A DNA stretch of 64,000 nucleotides, from NCBI GenBank assembly GCA_964490365.1, contig CAZBAG010000003.1, positions 18,116 through 82,115 on the forward strand. Direction: 5' to 3'. The DNA comes from an uncultured Candidatus Saccharibacteria bacterium (GTDB lineage: Bacteria > Patescibacteriota > Minisyncoccia > Phycocordibacterales > CSBR16-119). Within the stretch, counting starts at the first letter, position 1; each line of letters begins with the position of its first letter. Below, one piece after another: positions 56,339-64,000 of the stretch. Made by a program: the position numbers and the translations under genes. A model generated the notes under the pieces. The model was not told the DNA's origin and searched no databases. It saw only the letters and a list, made by a program, of their open reading frames with translations.

Positions 56339-57799
56339 ATGATTACAAAGAAGCAAAAAAGTGTCCTAGATTTCATCACTGATTATCAAAAGAGTAAGGG
56401 GTATGCTCCCGCTCTTGAGGAGATAAGGAAGAAATTTAAACTTGCTTCTGTTTCAACTGCTCATCATCATGTGACAAAGCTTCGTGATTTGGGATATCTT
56501 GAGAAAGAAGAGAACAAACCTAGAGCAATTGATATCGTGGATAGAGAGATGATGGTAAAAATCCCTCTTCTTGGAACTATTGCAGCAGGACAACCCATTG
56601 AAGCTATACAAAATAAAGAGACTATTGCTGTGGCTAAAAGCAAAATACCTTCCTCTTCTGAGGTCTATGCTTTACGTGTTGTCGGAAATAGTATGATTGA
56701 GGAAAATATTAATGATGGAGACATTATTTTAGTAAAAAATCAGCAGACAGCAGAGAATGGACAGAAAGTTGTAGCTCTTATAGATAATCAAGAAACAACA
56801 CTAAAGAAATTTTATAAAGAAAAAGGACATATTCGACTCCAGCCAGCAAATAAGGATATGGAACCTCTTATTTTTAAGAGTACTAAAGATGTATCTGTTC
56901 AAGGCGTAGTGCTTGATGTGATAAAAGAACAAAGGTCCCTTCCTCTAGAGTTACCAGAACAAAAAGAATTAGAAAAATTTAAGGAACTTCCTTTAAATAA
57001 ATTTATATGTGGTGACGCGATACATTATCTTCGAAGACTACCAGATAGGTCAGTAGATCTAATTGTCGCAGATCCTCCTTACAATCTTTCTAAGGGAAGT
57101 AATATCCGTTTTGATAACCAAGTTAATAAACTTAAGGGTTTTGGTGGTACCTGGAATAAAGTTATGGAGCAATGGGATAGCATGCCAATGGCGGATTATT
57201 TTGAATTTACTATTAAGTGGGTACAGGAAGCAAAAAGAGTTTTAAAACCTACAGGTTCTATATGGGTATTTGGAACTTACCACAATATTGGAATTATTAA
57301 CTTTATTTTCCAAACTCTCGGCATCGAAATTATCAATGAAGTAGTTTGGTATAAACGTAATGCTTTTCCAAATCTAGCAGGGCGAAGATTTACAGCAAGT
57401 CACGAGACATTATTGTGGGGTCATGTTGGAAATGAAAAGAGACAATATTACTTTGACTATAAACAATCTAAAAGTTATGCAGACCCTTCTGATTTATTAA
57501 AGGCGGGAGGAAAACAGATGCGTACTGTTTGGGATATTCCAAACAACAAAGGAGCCGGGGAGATTAGCTTTGGTAAGCACCCAACCCAAAAACCATTGAG
57601 TGTTTGTAAAAGGATAATCTCTTTAACTTCTAAACCAGGTGATGTTGTCGTAGCTCCTTTTGGAGGTGCTGGAAGTGAGTGTGTTGCAGCAAAAGAATTA
57701 GGTAGAAATTATTTAGGGTTTGAGCTTGATCAGCAGTATGTGGATATAGCACAGAAACGACTTTCAGCTGTTCGTAATCAAGATACACTTTTCTCATAA
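56339..57799 (+). CDS. Fusion of a complete LexA-type repressor (wHTH plus S24 autopeptidase) to an N6-adenine/N4-cytosine DNA methyltransferase (beta class, DPPY)
   Basis: LexA half: wHTH (LEEIRKKFKLASVSTAHHHVTKLRDLGYLE), cleavage site LLGTIAAGQP, Ser motif LRVVGNSM and Lys motif QKVVALIDNQETTLKKF. Methylase half: DLIVADPPYN (motif IV), a VVVAPFGGAGSE C-terminal AdoMet motif, beta-class order. Start taken at ATG 56339. Confidence 0.85.
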   Translation: MITKKQKSVLDFITDYQKSKGYAPALEEIRKKFKLASVSTAHHHVTKLRDLGYLEKEENKPRAIDIVDREMMVKIPLLGTIAAGQPIEAIQNKETIAVAKSKIPSSSEVYALRVVGNSMIEENINDGDIILVKNQQTAENGQKVVALIDNQETTLKKFYKEKGHIRLQPANKDMEPLIFKSTKDVSVQGVVLDVIKEQRSLPLELPEQKELEKFKELPLNKFICGDAIHYLRRLPDRSVDLIVADPPYNLSKGSNIRFDNQVNKLKGFGGTWNKVMEQWDSMPMADYFEFTIKWVQEAKRVLKPTGSIWVFGTYHNIGIINFIFQTLGIEIINEVVWYKRNAFPNLAGRRFTASHETLLWGHVGNEKRQYYFDYKQSKSYADPSDLLKAGGKQMRTVWDIPNNKGAGEISFGKHPTQKPLSVCKRIISLTSKPGDVVVAPFGGAGSECVAAKELGRNYLGFELDQQYVDIAQKRLSAVRNQDTLFS

Positions 57800-57803
57800 T
57801 GTC

Positions 57804-58610
57804 ATGATTCTAAAACCCTTTATAAAATGGACCGGAAGTAAACGGTCCCAAGCTGAAGAAATAACCTCTTATTTTCCTAAAGAGATTGATACTTACTACG
57901 AACCGTTTTTAGGTAGTGGTGCAATTTTAGGACATCTGAAACCAAAAAAGGCTGTAGGTGGAGATGTAAATAAACCCCTCATTGAGCTTTGGAAAATATT
58001 GAAGGAAGATCCAGAAAAAGTTGCAAAGGAGTATACAAAACATTGGCAATCATTACAGGATGAGGGTCACTTATATTTCTATAAAATAAGAGAACGGTTC
58101 AATAAAAAGCAATCACCAATAGACTTTCTTTTTCTAACCAGGACATGTGTAAATGGTCTTATTCGCTATAACAAAAATGGAGAATTTAATAATTCACTAC
58201 ACCATACACGTAAGGGAATGAATCCTGAGCAACTAAGAAAGATCATTCTTCAGTGGGCTATTCTTATTAAAAGCTACAGATTTTCAGATCAATCTTACGA
58301 GATAACAACAAAAGACGCTGGTAAAAATGATTTTGTGTATCTGGACCCTCCTTATGCAAACACTGGGACTAGATATTTTGGAGGAATCGATTATGACAAT
58401 TTCATTAGTTACCTTGAACAGTTAAATAAGAAGGGTATAAAATTCGCTCTTTCATTTGACGGTACCAGAGGAGATAAATCCTTTGTCGTTGAGATTCCAA
58501 AACATTTATACAAACGGCACATTCTCGTTCACTCGGGAAACTCTGCTTTTAATAAGGTCCAGAACGGAAAGGTGGAGAAAGTTCACGAATCTCTTTACCT
58601 GAATTATTGA
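57804..58610 (+). CDS. Dam-family (D12 class) N6-adenine DNA methyltransferase
   Basis: FIKWTGSKRS, YYEPFLGSGAI (AdoMet site) and LDPPYANTG motifs in alpha-class order. Confidence 0.85.
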   Translation: MILKPFIKWTGSKRSQAEEITSYFPKEIDTYYEPFLGSGAILGHLKPKKAVGGDVNKPLIELWKILKEDPEKVAKEYTKHWQSLQDEGHLYFYKIRERFNKKQSPIDFLFLTRTCVNGLIRYNKNGEFNNSLHHTRKGMNPEQLRKIILQWAILIKSYRFSDQSYEITTKDAGKNDFVYLDPPYANTGTRYFGGIDYDNFISYLEQLNKKGIKFALSFDGTRGDKSFVVEIPKHLYKRHILVHSGNSAFNKVQNGKVEKVHESLYLNY

Positions 58611-60625
58611 TGCAGCACTAAACTAATAATTCCCTTAAATCTATCAGCAAGTTTTTGAAGGGTCGGAATAAGTATAAGCCCAGTCTCTTTTGCTGTTATA
58701 TGTATTATGGTCACCTTATTATCGGTGTTAAATTCTACACCCAGAGCAATATCAGATTTGCTTACCTTTAAGGTTGATTTCAGATCTTTTTCATTTTGAT
58801 AGCGAAAAGCAACACCAGATAAACCAGCCAGGTCGTTAGTATATTCATCTACAGTTCTTAACCAATCGTCTTTACTATACTCACGAAAAGCTATTGGTTT
58901 TTTACTTAAAAGCGCGTGTACATATTTTATCAATCGCGGCCCAATACTTTTCTCTAATGTAAAAGATGTATCTTTCGATTCCATCGAGAGTAAAATCTTA
59001 TCGTTTATGAATTGTATGATGTGGTCTGGCCGTTTAGAAGATTTACCAGATACTCTTGGAAGCGAAGTCCATCGCAATTCTAGTTTCTTGGTAGGTTCGT
59101 AAATGCTTATGCCACTCCAATCGCCACCTGGCGGATTACACAATGATTCATATACTCCTTGCGTTAACGCATTTGAGAAAAGTAGATGCAATACAGCATC
59201 AACATCATGTTCACCAAAATTAGGTATTTCTTTTGATGCAGGTAGAGCCTTCTTTTCAAACACCTTATCGTTTGGACTAACTAAAAGGCCATAATTTTTC
59301 AGTGAACTACTTGTACTACTATCCACTAGTATTCCATTACTAAGATTAACGATTGCTTCCCAAAGTCCATTAATTGAAGCAAGTTTTCTCATATCTTTTT
59401 CAAGCAAGGTCCAAGTAGATTGTTTGGCAGGACCATATACTACAGTAAGCAAATCTACATCTTCAATTCCAAATATCATTCGAGCTAAGGGAACTAGTCC
59501 TCGATCAGGTCGAGAGTCGTCACCTCGAGGTTTAAAGCCGGCTACCCAGACACAGACTAAAGGTTTTTCAGATTTTGAAACCCATTGAATGAACTCTGCA
59601 CCAGCCTTTTCGCCATAGATTCTAGTGATTTCTTTGCCAAATTCTGCCCGTTTATCGGTGGGGATAATACATATTGGCATTTCTCTAGAACCTATCGCTC
59701 TGGCCCCATTCTTTATAGTTGTTTCGAGTAGATTCTTAAAAGTGGGCGTTAGAGTTTTGATACCAGTTTTCTTATTCCATGGCATTGCTTTTTTAATCAA
59801 CCAGTTTAACTTTTCTGCACCAGTTTTTTGAGAATAAAGTTCGGTCCATTCAGTTGCAGTCAGAACATCTGATCTTTTACGCTGTGTGGTAAGTATCTCT
59901 AAAATTTTAAGAACCTTTGTCTCGACTTGAGTGTGCGCTTCCTTAAAATCAGTCGAAAGCAAAATTCCTCTCACTATTTCAATTGATTCCTTTGTTCCAA
60001 AGCAATCTTTAAAAATCTCAATGATTTTCTGATCGCTAGATGGACTTGGTATATAAACGGGTAGTGACACCGAATTCCTACTTGCACCTAATACTGCATA
60101 CGCAAATGGAACTAGTGGGTTTGGAAATCGTGCAGCCTTAATTTTTCGATCCGAATCGAGCTCCTGGCCACCTAATTCAGTAAAATACAAATAAGGGATA
60201 CCAGCATATGCCAAAGCAAGAGCTCGCCCTGTTCTTTGCCACGCATTATTGCCTGCAGGGAGTGCCCCACTGAATTCTAGAGCTAGAATAGGAACCTCAC
60301 ACTCTTCTCCTCCACTTATTTCTAATTTTGTAATAATTGCATCAGGAGCTTCTCGCAAGCTTCCGCCAAGAGATGCGATATGATCTGTAAGCGCAAAATT
60401 CCAACGACCATAACCCGCAAAAAACTGTACTGTAAAATCCTCACCGTTTCCGGCAATGAATTTGTATTTTGGAGCGAAGGCCGGTCCAGATATTAATTCT
60501 GGCTGGCTACCACCTAAAGAATTTACTATAAGCTTTAATGCGCTCTCACATTCTAAAATATTGTCTCCATGGATACGCAACTGGTGCTGGGTCATTGAAA
60601 TGTATTGAAAAATATTGTATTTCAA
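58604..60625 (-). CDS. Putative restriction endonuclease partner of the two methyltransferases (673 aa, family not recognised)
   Basis: Convergent with, and overlapping by 7 nt, the Dam-like gene. Large enough for an enzyme cleaving outside its site or a fused specificity domain. The call rests on position only. Confidence 0.4.
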   Translation of the reverse strand: MKYNIFQYISMTQHQLRIHGDNILECESALKLIVNSLGGSQPELISGPAFAPKYKFIAGNGEDFTVQFFAGYGRWNFALTDHIASLGGSLREAPDAIITKLEISGGEECEVPILALEFSGALPAGNNAWQRTGRALALAYAGIPYLYFTELGGQELDSDRKIKAARFPNPLVPFAYAVLGASRNSVSLPVYIPSPSSDQKIIEIFKDCFGTKESIEIVRGILLSTDFKEAHTQVETKVLKILEILTTQRKRSDVLTATEWTELYSQKTGAEKLNWLIKKAMPWNKKTGIKTLTPTFKNLLETTIKNGARAIGSREMPICIIPTDKRAEFGKEITRIYGEKAGAEFIQWVSKSEKPLVCVWVAGFKPRGDDSRPDRGLVPLARMIFGIEDVDLLTVVYGPAKQSTWTLLEKDMRKLASINGLWEAIVNLSNGILVDSSTSSSLKNYGLLVSPNDKVFEKKALPASKEIPNFGEHDVDAVLHLLFSNALTQGVYESLCNPPGGDWSGISIYEPTKKLELRWTSLPRVSGKSSKRPDHIIQFINDKILLSMESKDTSFTLEKSIGPRLIKYVHALLSKKPIAFREYSKDDWLRTVDEYTNDLAGLSGVAFRYQNEKDLKSTLKVSKSDIALGVEFNTDNKVTIIHITAKETGLILIPTLQKLADRFKGIISLVLHQ

Positions 60626-60788
60626 TTCTACTTCAATTTCTTCATTTTTCCTATCTGGATCAAAGCGCCGCCGAATTAGCCCCTAAATTGCCCTGTGTAC
60701 GCTTTTCGCAGCATGTTCAGGGCTTTTTACGTTCCTGGACCAATACCCTCAAATTTGCACATATTCGGACCTACACTTAAAAGGTCCT

Positions 60789-61060
60789 AAAAGTAATGCA
60801 CACCGATTTGCATATTTTATGGCATTAGGATTACAGCAGTCCTTTAGGGCAAAAGTAATGCACCATTTTTTGCTCTTTTGGGACAGTACGATTACAGCAA
60901 TCCTTTAAGGTAAAAGTAATTCCTATATTTAGACACTTTTGCATCTATAGGATTAAGTAGTTCTTTGGTCCAAGTAATTCCTGCAGTTAGAAAATTATAG
61001 GACCTTAGAATAAACAAATCGGCGATCCAAAAGTAATGCACGCAATTTTGCACGAAATTG
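60789..61060. repeat. Iteron-like array: 4-5 degenerate tandem units of about 60 bp, each containing AAAAGTAATGCAC and (C)GATTACAGCARTCCTTTARGG
   Basis: AAAAGTAATGCAC occurs at 60789, 60851 and 61029, with variants AAAAGTAATTCC at 60912 and AAGTAATTCC at 60972. GATTACAGCAGTCCTTTAGGG is at 60830 and GATTACAGCAATCCTTTAAGG at 60891. An interlocking hairpin lies at 61088-61136. Confidence 0.55.
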
Positions 61061-61326
61061 GATCTACGATACATAACACTTCCAGTTGCGCGGAAAGAGC
61101 TGAGTCACTCGCAACTGGGACTCAGCTCTTTCTGTTTTCAGGAAGTCTGATACAAGGTCGAACACCCTCATGCTAAGCAAACAAGCCCTAGAAGAATATA
61201 AGGAAATTCATAAGCAGGAAACCAATACGATCCTAGCTGATGAAGTCTTGCTTGATGAGGCAATTAATCTCCTCACGCTTTTTGATCGCGTCTATCGGCC
61301 GATCAAGAAAGTGTGGCTACAAGAAT

Positions 61327-62238
61327 ATGGAAGGAATCACACTCGATCCAGAATGGGAACTACCAAACAGAAAAGAAGAGATTGCGCATCAGTATCATCT
61401 GAAGAAAATACAAGAACTTCAACAGATGGTAGATCGGTCCAAGTTGCGGGGTAAACGCAGGGTCACACGATTTTTTGTCGATAATGAATATGTGGAGAAC
61501 GGCTATATGGAAAAATTGCCGAAGCTCTGTACCTTGGTGTATCAAGGACTCTTATATCATGGCAATACCGAAACGCAGACAGCGTGGCCGAGTTTTAAGA
61601 AACTCACCGGACACACTGGAGAAAAGAATCGAAACTACATATCAAATGCTCTTCGGTTGCTCAAAGAGTGCGGCATCATTGGTGTGGTCCAGTGCAAGAA
61701 AGGATTTAAAACCTTAAACCTTTACTATTTTCAGTCGACCGAATATTGGATTAGTCTCGAACATACTACTAAACGTCTTAAGCTTACCGATAGCCTTGCG
61801 CAGTATCCAAACGTGACCCTCCGTAGTATCAAAAGACGTGGTGTCCGTAGGAAGAACGTTGATACTCTAACTAACCAAATAAATAACAATCCGAATTCTG
61901 TAACTAGCATCGGAGATGTCTTAGCAAGGAGAATGCAGAAATGGCAGAAAAGCCCAGAGGTTGCTATTCCAGAGGGTTCTCGCAATACTGTCGTTCGCAC
62001 AGCATATGAGGGAGATGTAGAGGTAAGTACCATACACTTAGATAGCCCAGATATACCCGAGGAAAATGGTGAAAAAACGGTACTCCGTAGTGTTCCAGAA
62101 GATACCACGCAGGTTCCCGTAATAACGGGAAATTTACGGGAAAAAATCGCTGAATTGGATACCACGCAAACACACCATGAATTAGCCCTAGAAGACATAA
62201 CCAAAGAAGATATTGGACCAGGTAGCGCAACATTATAA
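61327..62238 (+). CDS. Winged-helix replication-initiator-like protein (HTH_36/RepA-like)
   Basis: LVYQGLLYHGNTETQTAWPSFKKLTGHTGEKNRNYISNALRLLKECGIIGV reads as a Rep-type winged helix. Start taken at ATG 61327. An overlapping upstream ORF 61170-61454 lies in another frame. Confidence 0.45.
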   Translation: MEGITLDPEWELPNRKEEIAHQYHLKKIQELQQMVDRSKLRGKRRVTRFFVDNEYVENGYMEKLPKLCTLVYQGLLYHGNTETQTAWPSFKKLTGHTGEKNRNYISNALRLLKECGIIGVVQCKKGFKTLNLYYFQSTEYWISLEHTTKRLKLTDSLAQYPNVTLRSIKRRGVRRKNVDTLTNQINNNPNSVTSIGDVLARRMQKWQKSPEVAIPEGSRNTVVRTAYEGDVEVSTIHLDSPDIPEENGEKTVLRSVPEDTTQVPVITGNLREKIAELDTTQTHHELALEDITKEDIGPGSATL

Positions 62239-63874
62239 AACCATGAATAAAACACAACCAATCAAATACTTTCTCTATGCCCGTAAATCGAGCGAGGCAG
62301 AAGATCGACAAGCAGCATCCATCGATGCTCAAAAGGACGAACTCTTAAAGATCGCTAAAGAACAAGGGCTGGTTATCGTTGATATCTTGGAAGAATCACA
62401 ATCAGCCAAGAAGCCAGGAAGACCAGTATTCAACAAAATGCTTGAGAGAATCTATAAAAGCGAAGCCAACGGTATTGTATGTTGGAAATTGGACCGACTA
62501 GCCCGTAATCCAGTAGACGGTGGACAGATAAGTTGGATGTTGCAGCAGAGTGTGATAGCTCAGATTGTTACCTTCGGCCGAACGTATTATCCAACTGACA
62601 ACGTTCTCATGATGCAGGTTGAGCTTGGAATGGCCAACCAATACATCCGAGATCTTTCAGTAAACGTAAAGAGAGGACTCGCTAAGAAGGTCAGAGAAGG
62701 TTGGCTTCCAAGCGGGGCACCGATTGGGTACATGAGCACACCCGATAGAGATAAAGGATTTAAAACAATCAGTATCGATCCAAACCGATTCCCAGTGGTC
62801 CGCAGACTCTTTGACCTTATGCTTACCGGCACTTACACTGTGGCTCAAATTTGGAATATATCCCGTAAGGAGTTGAATTTGAAAACATATCAGCGAAGAA
62901 ATATTGGTGGTAAGCATCTTTCAAAAAGTGCAGTGTATGCAATTTTAAGCAATCACTTTTACTACGGATGGTTTGAGTACCCATATAAAAGCGGAGAATG
63001 GCATAAGGGCGCACATGAGCCGATGATTACCGAAGATGAGTTTAATAAGGTTCAAGTACTTATGGGGCGCAAGACAACTCCTCGGCTTGAGAAGAATTTA
63101 AGTTTTGCTTTTACAGGGCTTATGAAGTGCGGCACCTGTGGTTGTAGTATTACGGCTCAAGCCAAAGTTAAGCGATGTAAGAATGGCAACGTCCACCATT
63201 ATGTCTACTACAACTGCACCAAGAAGAAAGTCGATACCAACTGTCCAGAGCGATGTGTCGAACTAAAGGATCTGACACTCGATATCAAAGAAAAAATAAG
63301 TGAGATCACTATTTCAGAAAAGTTTAAGAACTGGGCTATCAAGCATCTCCATGTAATGAGAAAGAATGAAGCTGACAGTGATACGTTGGTCCTTAAAGGA
63401 AAGCATAAAGAACTTGAAGAAGTTACTAAGAATTTGCAGTCACTTACGCTTAATTTCACCTCACCAAAGAACCAAGACCGATTATTGATATCTGATGATG
63501 AATACCAGAACCTCAAAGCCGGAATGGTTAAACGAAAGCTAATTCTTGAAGATGAGCTCAAGGTCCAAAAGAAACAGGTCCTTGAGTGGGTGGAACTTAC
63601 CGAGCGAACCTTTGATTTTGCATGTTATGCCCATATTTGGTTTGAAAAAGGAGACGATAAGACGAGGAGGGCGATACTTTCATGTTTAGGCTCGAACCTC
63701 ACCCTAAAAGGCAAAAAACTCTTTGTTAATTACCATTCTTTCATCAAGACGATGATGAAAAGTCGTCAGGCGGTTGAAGAAGAATTAGAGAAGGTTAGAA
63801 CCTCTGAAAAGCGAGTCTATAAAAGACAAAACCCCACAAATCGTGAGGTTTCGTCACTAGGGCTCCCCGAGTAG
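62213..63874 (+). CDS. Large serine recombinase (resolvase catalytic domain, recombinase domain and zinc ribbon)
   Basis: N-terminal YARKSSEAEDRQAASIDAQ...CWKLDRLARN with the catalytic Ser, a recombinase domain and a CGTCGC...YYNC zinc ribbon. The protein is 553 aa. The last five codons are templated by a tRNA 3'-end-like sequence. Confidence 0.9.
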   Translation: MDQVAQHYKTMNKTQPIKYFLYARKSSEAEDRQAASIDAQKDELLKIAKEQGLVIVDILEESQSAKKPGRPVFNKMLERIYKSEANGIVCWKLDRLARNPVDGGQISWMLQQSVIAQIVTFGRTYYPTDNVLMMQVELGMANQYIRDLSVNVKRGLAKKVREGWLPSGAPIGYMSTPDRDKGFKTISIDPNRFPVVRRLFDLMLTGTYTVAQIWNISRKELNLKTYQRRNIGGKHLSKSAVYAILSNHFYYGWFEYPYKSGEWHKGAHEPMITEDEFNKVQVLMGRKTTPRLEKNLSFAFTGLMKCGTCGCSITAQAKVKRCKNGNVHHYVYYNCTKKKVDTNCPERCVELKDLTLDIKEKISEITISEKFKNWAIKHLHVMRKNEADSDTLVLKGKHKELEEVTKNLQSLTLNFTSPKNQDRLLISDDEYQNLKAGMVKRKLILEDELKVQKKQVLEWVELTERTFDFACYAHIWFEKGDDKTRRAILSCLGSNLTLKGKKLFVNYHSFIKTMMKSRQAVEEELEKVRTSEKRVYKRQNPTNREVSSLGLPE

Positions 63875-63895
63875 GATTCGAACCTACGGCCAATC
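63866..63895 (-). repeat. Truncated tRNA 3' end (T-arm plus acceptor 3' strand) on the minus strand, abutting the recombinase stop: probable attachment-site core
   Basis: The reverse complement reads GTAGG-TTCGAAT-CCTAC-TCGGGGA-G. No compatible 5' half was found in the remaining 105 nt of the window. Confidence 0.45.
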
Positions 63896-64000
63896 GATTA
63901 CATGTATCCTAAAATTACTTAAAGGCATGGACTATATCATCACCATGTTCCAAATGGAATTTAGGTGCAAGGCGCTTCGATTTTGAATTTCAAAACCTAC

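Noticed and set aside
60789-61060. CRISPR array
   Set aside because: The repeats are about 60-bp composite units with degenerate copies. There are no uniform short repeats or unique spacers, and no cas genes nearby. It is better explained as iterons.
1-64000. Genome-wide UGA reassignment (genetic code 25 as in Gracilibacteria/SR1) as the explanation for the in-frame UGA in prfB
   Set aside because: Long genes (secA, dnaE, copA, rnj) are uninterrupted under the standard code. At least one apparent gene (3144-3644) ends with TGA. The presence of RF2 itself argues UGA is a stop here.
63896-64000. An intact tRNA gene continuing rightward from the 63866-63895 fragment on the minus strand
   Set aside because: No complementary acceptor 5' strand (TCCCCGA or G-U variants) was found. 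No D-arm or anticodon stem could be folded in the remaining 105 nt. It is treated as a truncated 3' fragment, though the window edge limits certainty.

Overview
This 64-kb window looks like part of a small, AT-rich bacterial chromosome of about 38% GC. The gene content resembles Candidate Phyla Radiation / Patescibacteria-type genomes, but this is only a hedged impression from the sequence. All protein identifications come from reading the six-frame track and recognising motifs from memory. None was confirmed by a search.

The left two thirds is mostly housekeeping:
- gatA (5'-truncated by the window), ftsEX, pyrG, typA, RNase J, secG, secA, dnaE, rnhB, truB, cspA, uppP and pyk.
- A prfB gene with an in-frame UGA at the usual recoding position.
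- A tRNA cluster: fMet, Met(CAT), Asp and Thr, plus a lone tRNA-Gln further on.
- Two lysine-rich histone-like proteins.
- A Fur-family regulator with a perfect 22-bp-arm palindromic operator.

The accessory content is larger than usual for 64 kb:
1. The tRNA cluster carries a degenerate fMet copy and short direct repeats of the 3' ends of tRNA-Asp and tRNA-Thr. A GC-rich promoter-to-terminator unit that does not look like a protein gene is embedded in it.
2. A roughly 2-kb higher-GC insert (29.7-31.6 kb) encodes a secreted protein with a textbook type IX secretion (T9SS) C-terminal sorting domain.
3. A cell-surface gene block (31.6-40.1 kb) has two membrane-anchored cohesin-domain proteins, a dockerin-domain protein and a large repeat-rich surface protein. 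It also has a 398-aa secreted, membrane-anchored protein ending in LysM and a small paralogue sharing the large protein's C-terminal domain. A sortase lies nearby.
4. A purH relic sits beside a 390-nt unassigned GC-rich region (47.0-48.1 kb).
5. A copper homeostasis operon: csoR, copA, an HMA-CcdA/DsbD fusion and a cupredoxin-like protein.
6. An island of about 11 kb at the right end (52.7-63.9 kb). It carries a 974-aa RelA/SpoT-nucleotidyltransferase fusion protein, and divergent from it a three-gene restriction-modification-like module whose first methyltransferase is fused to a complete LexA repressor. It also carries an iteron-like repeat array with a winged-helix Rep-like gene. A large serine recombinase closes the island, and its last codons run into a truncated tRNA 3' end.

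The RelA/SpoT fusion and the LexA-methylase fusion are the best candidates for an undescribed defence system.
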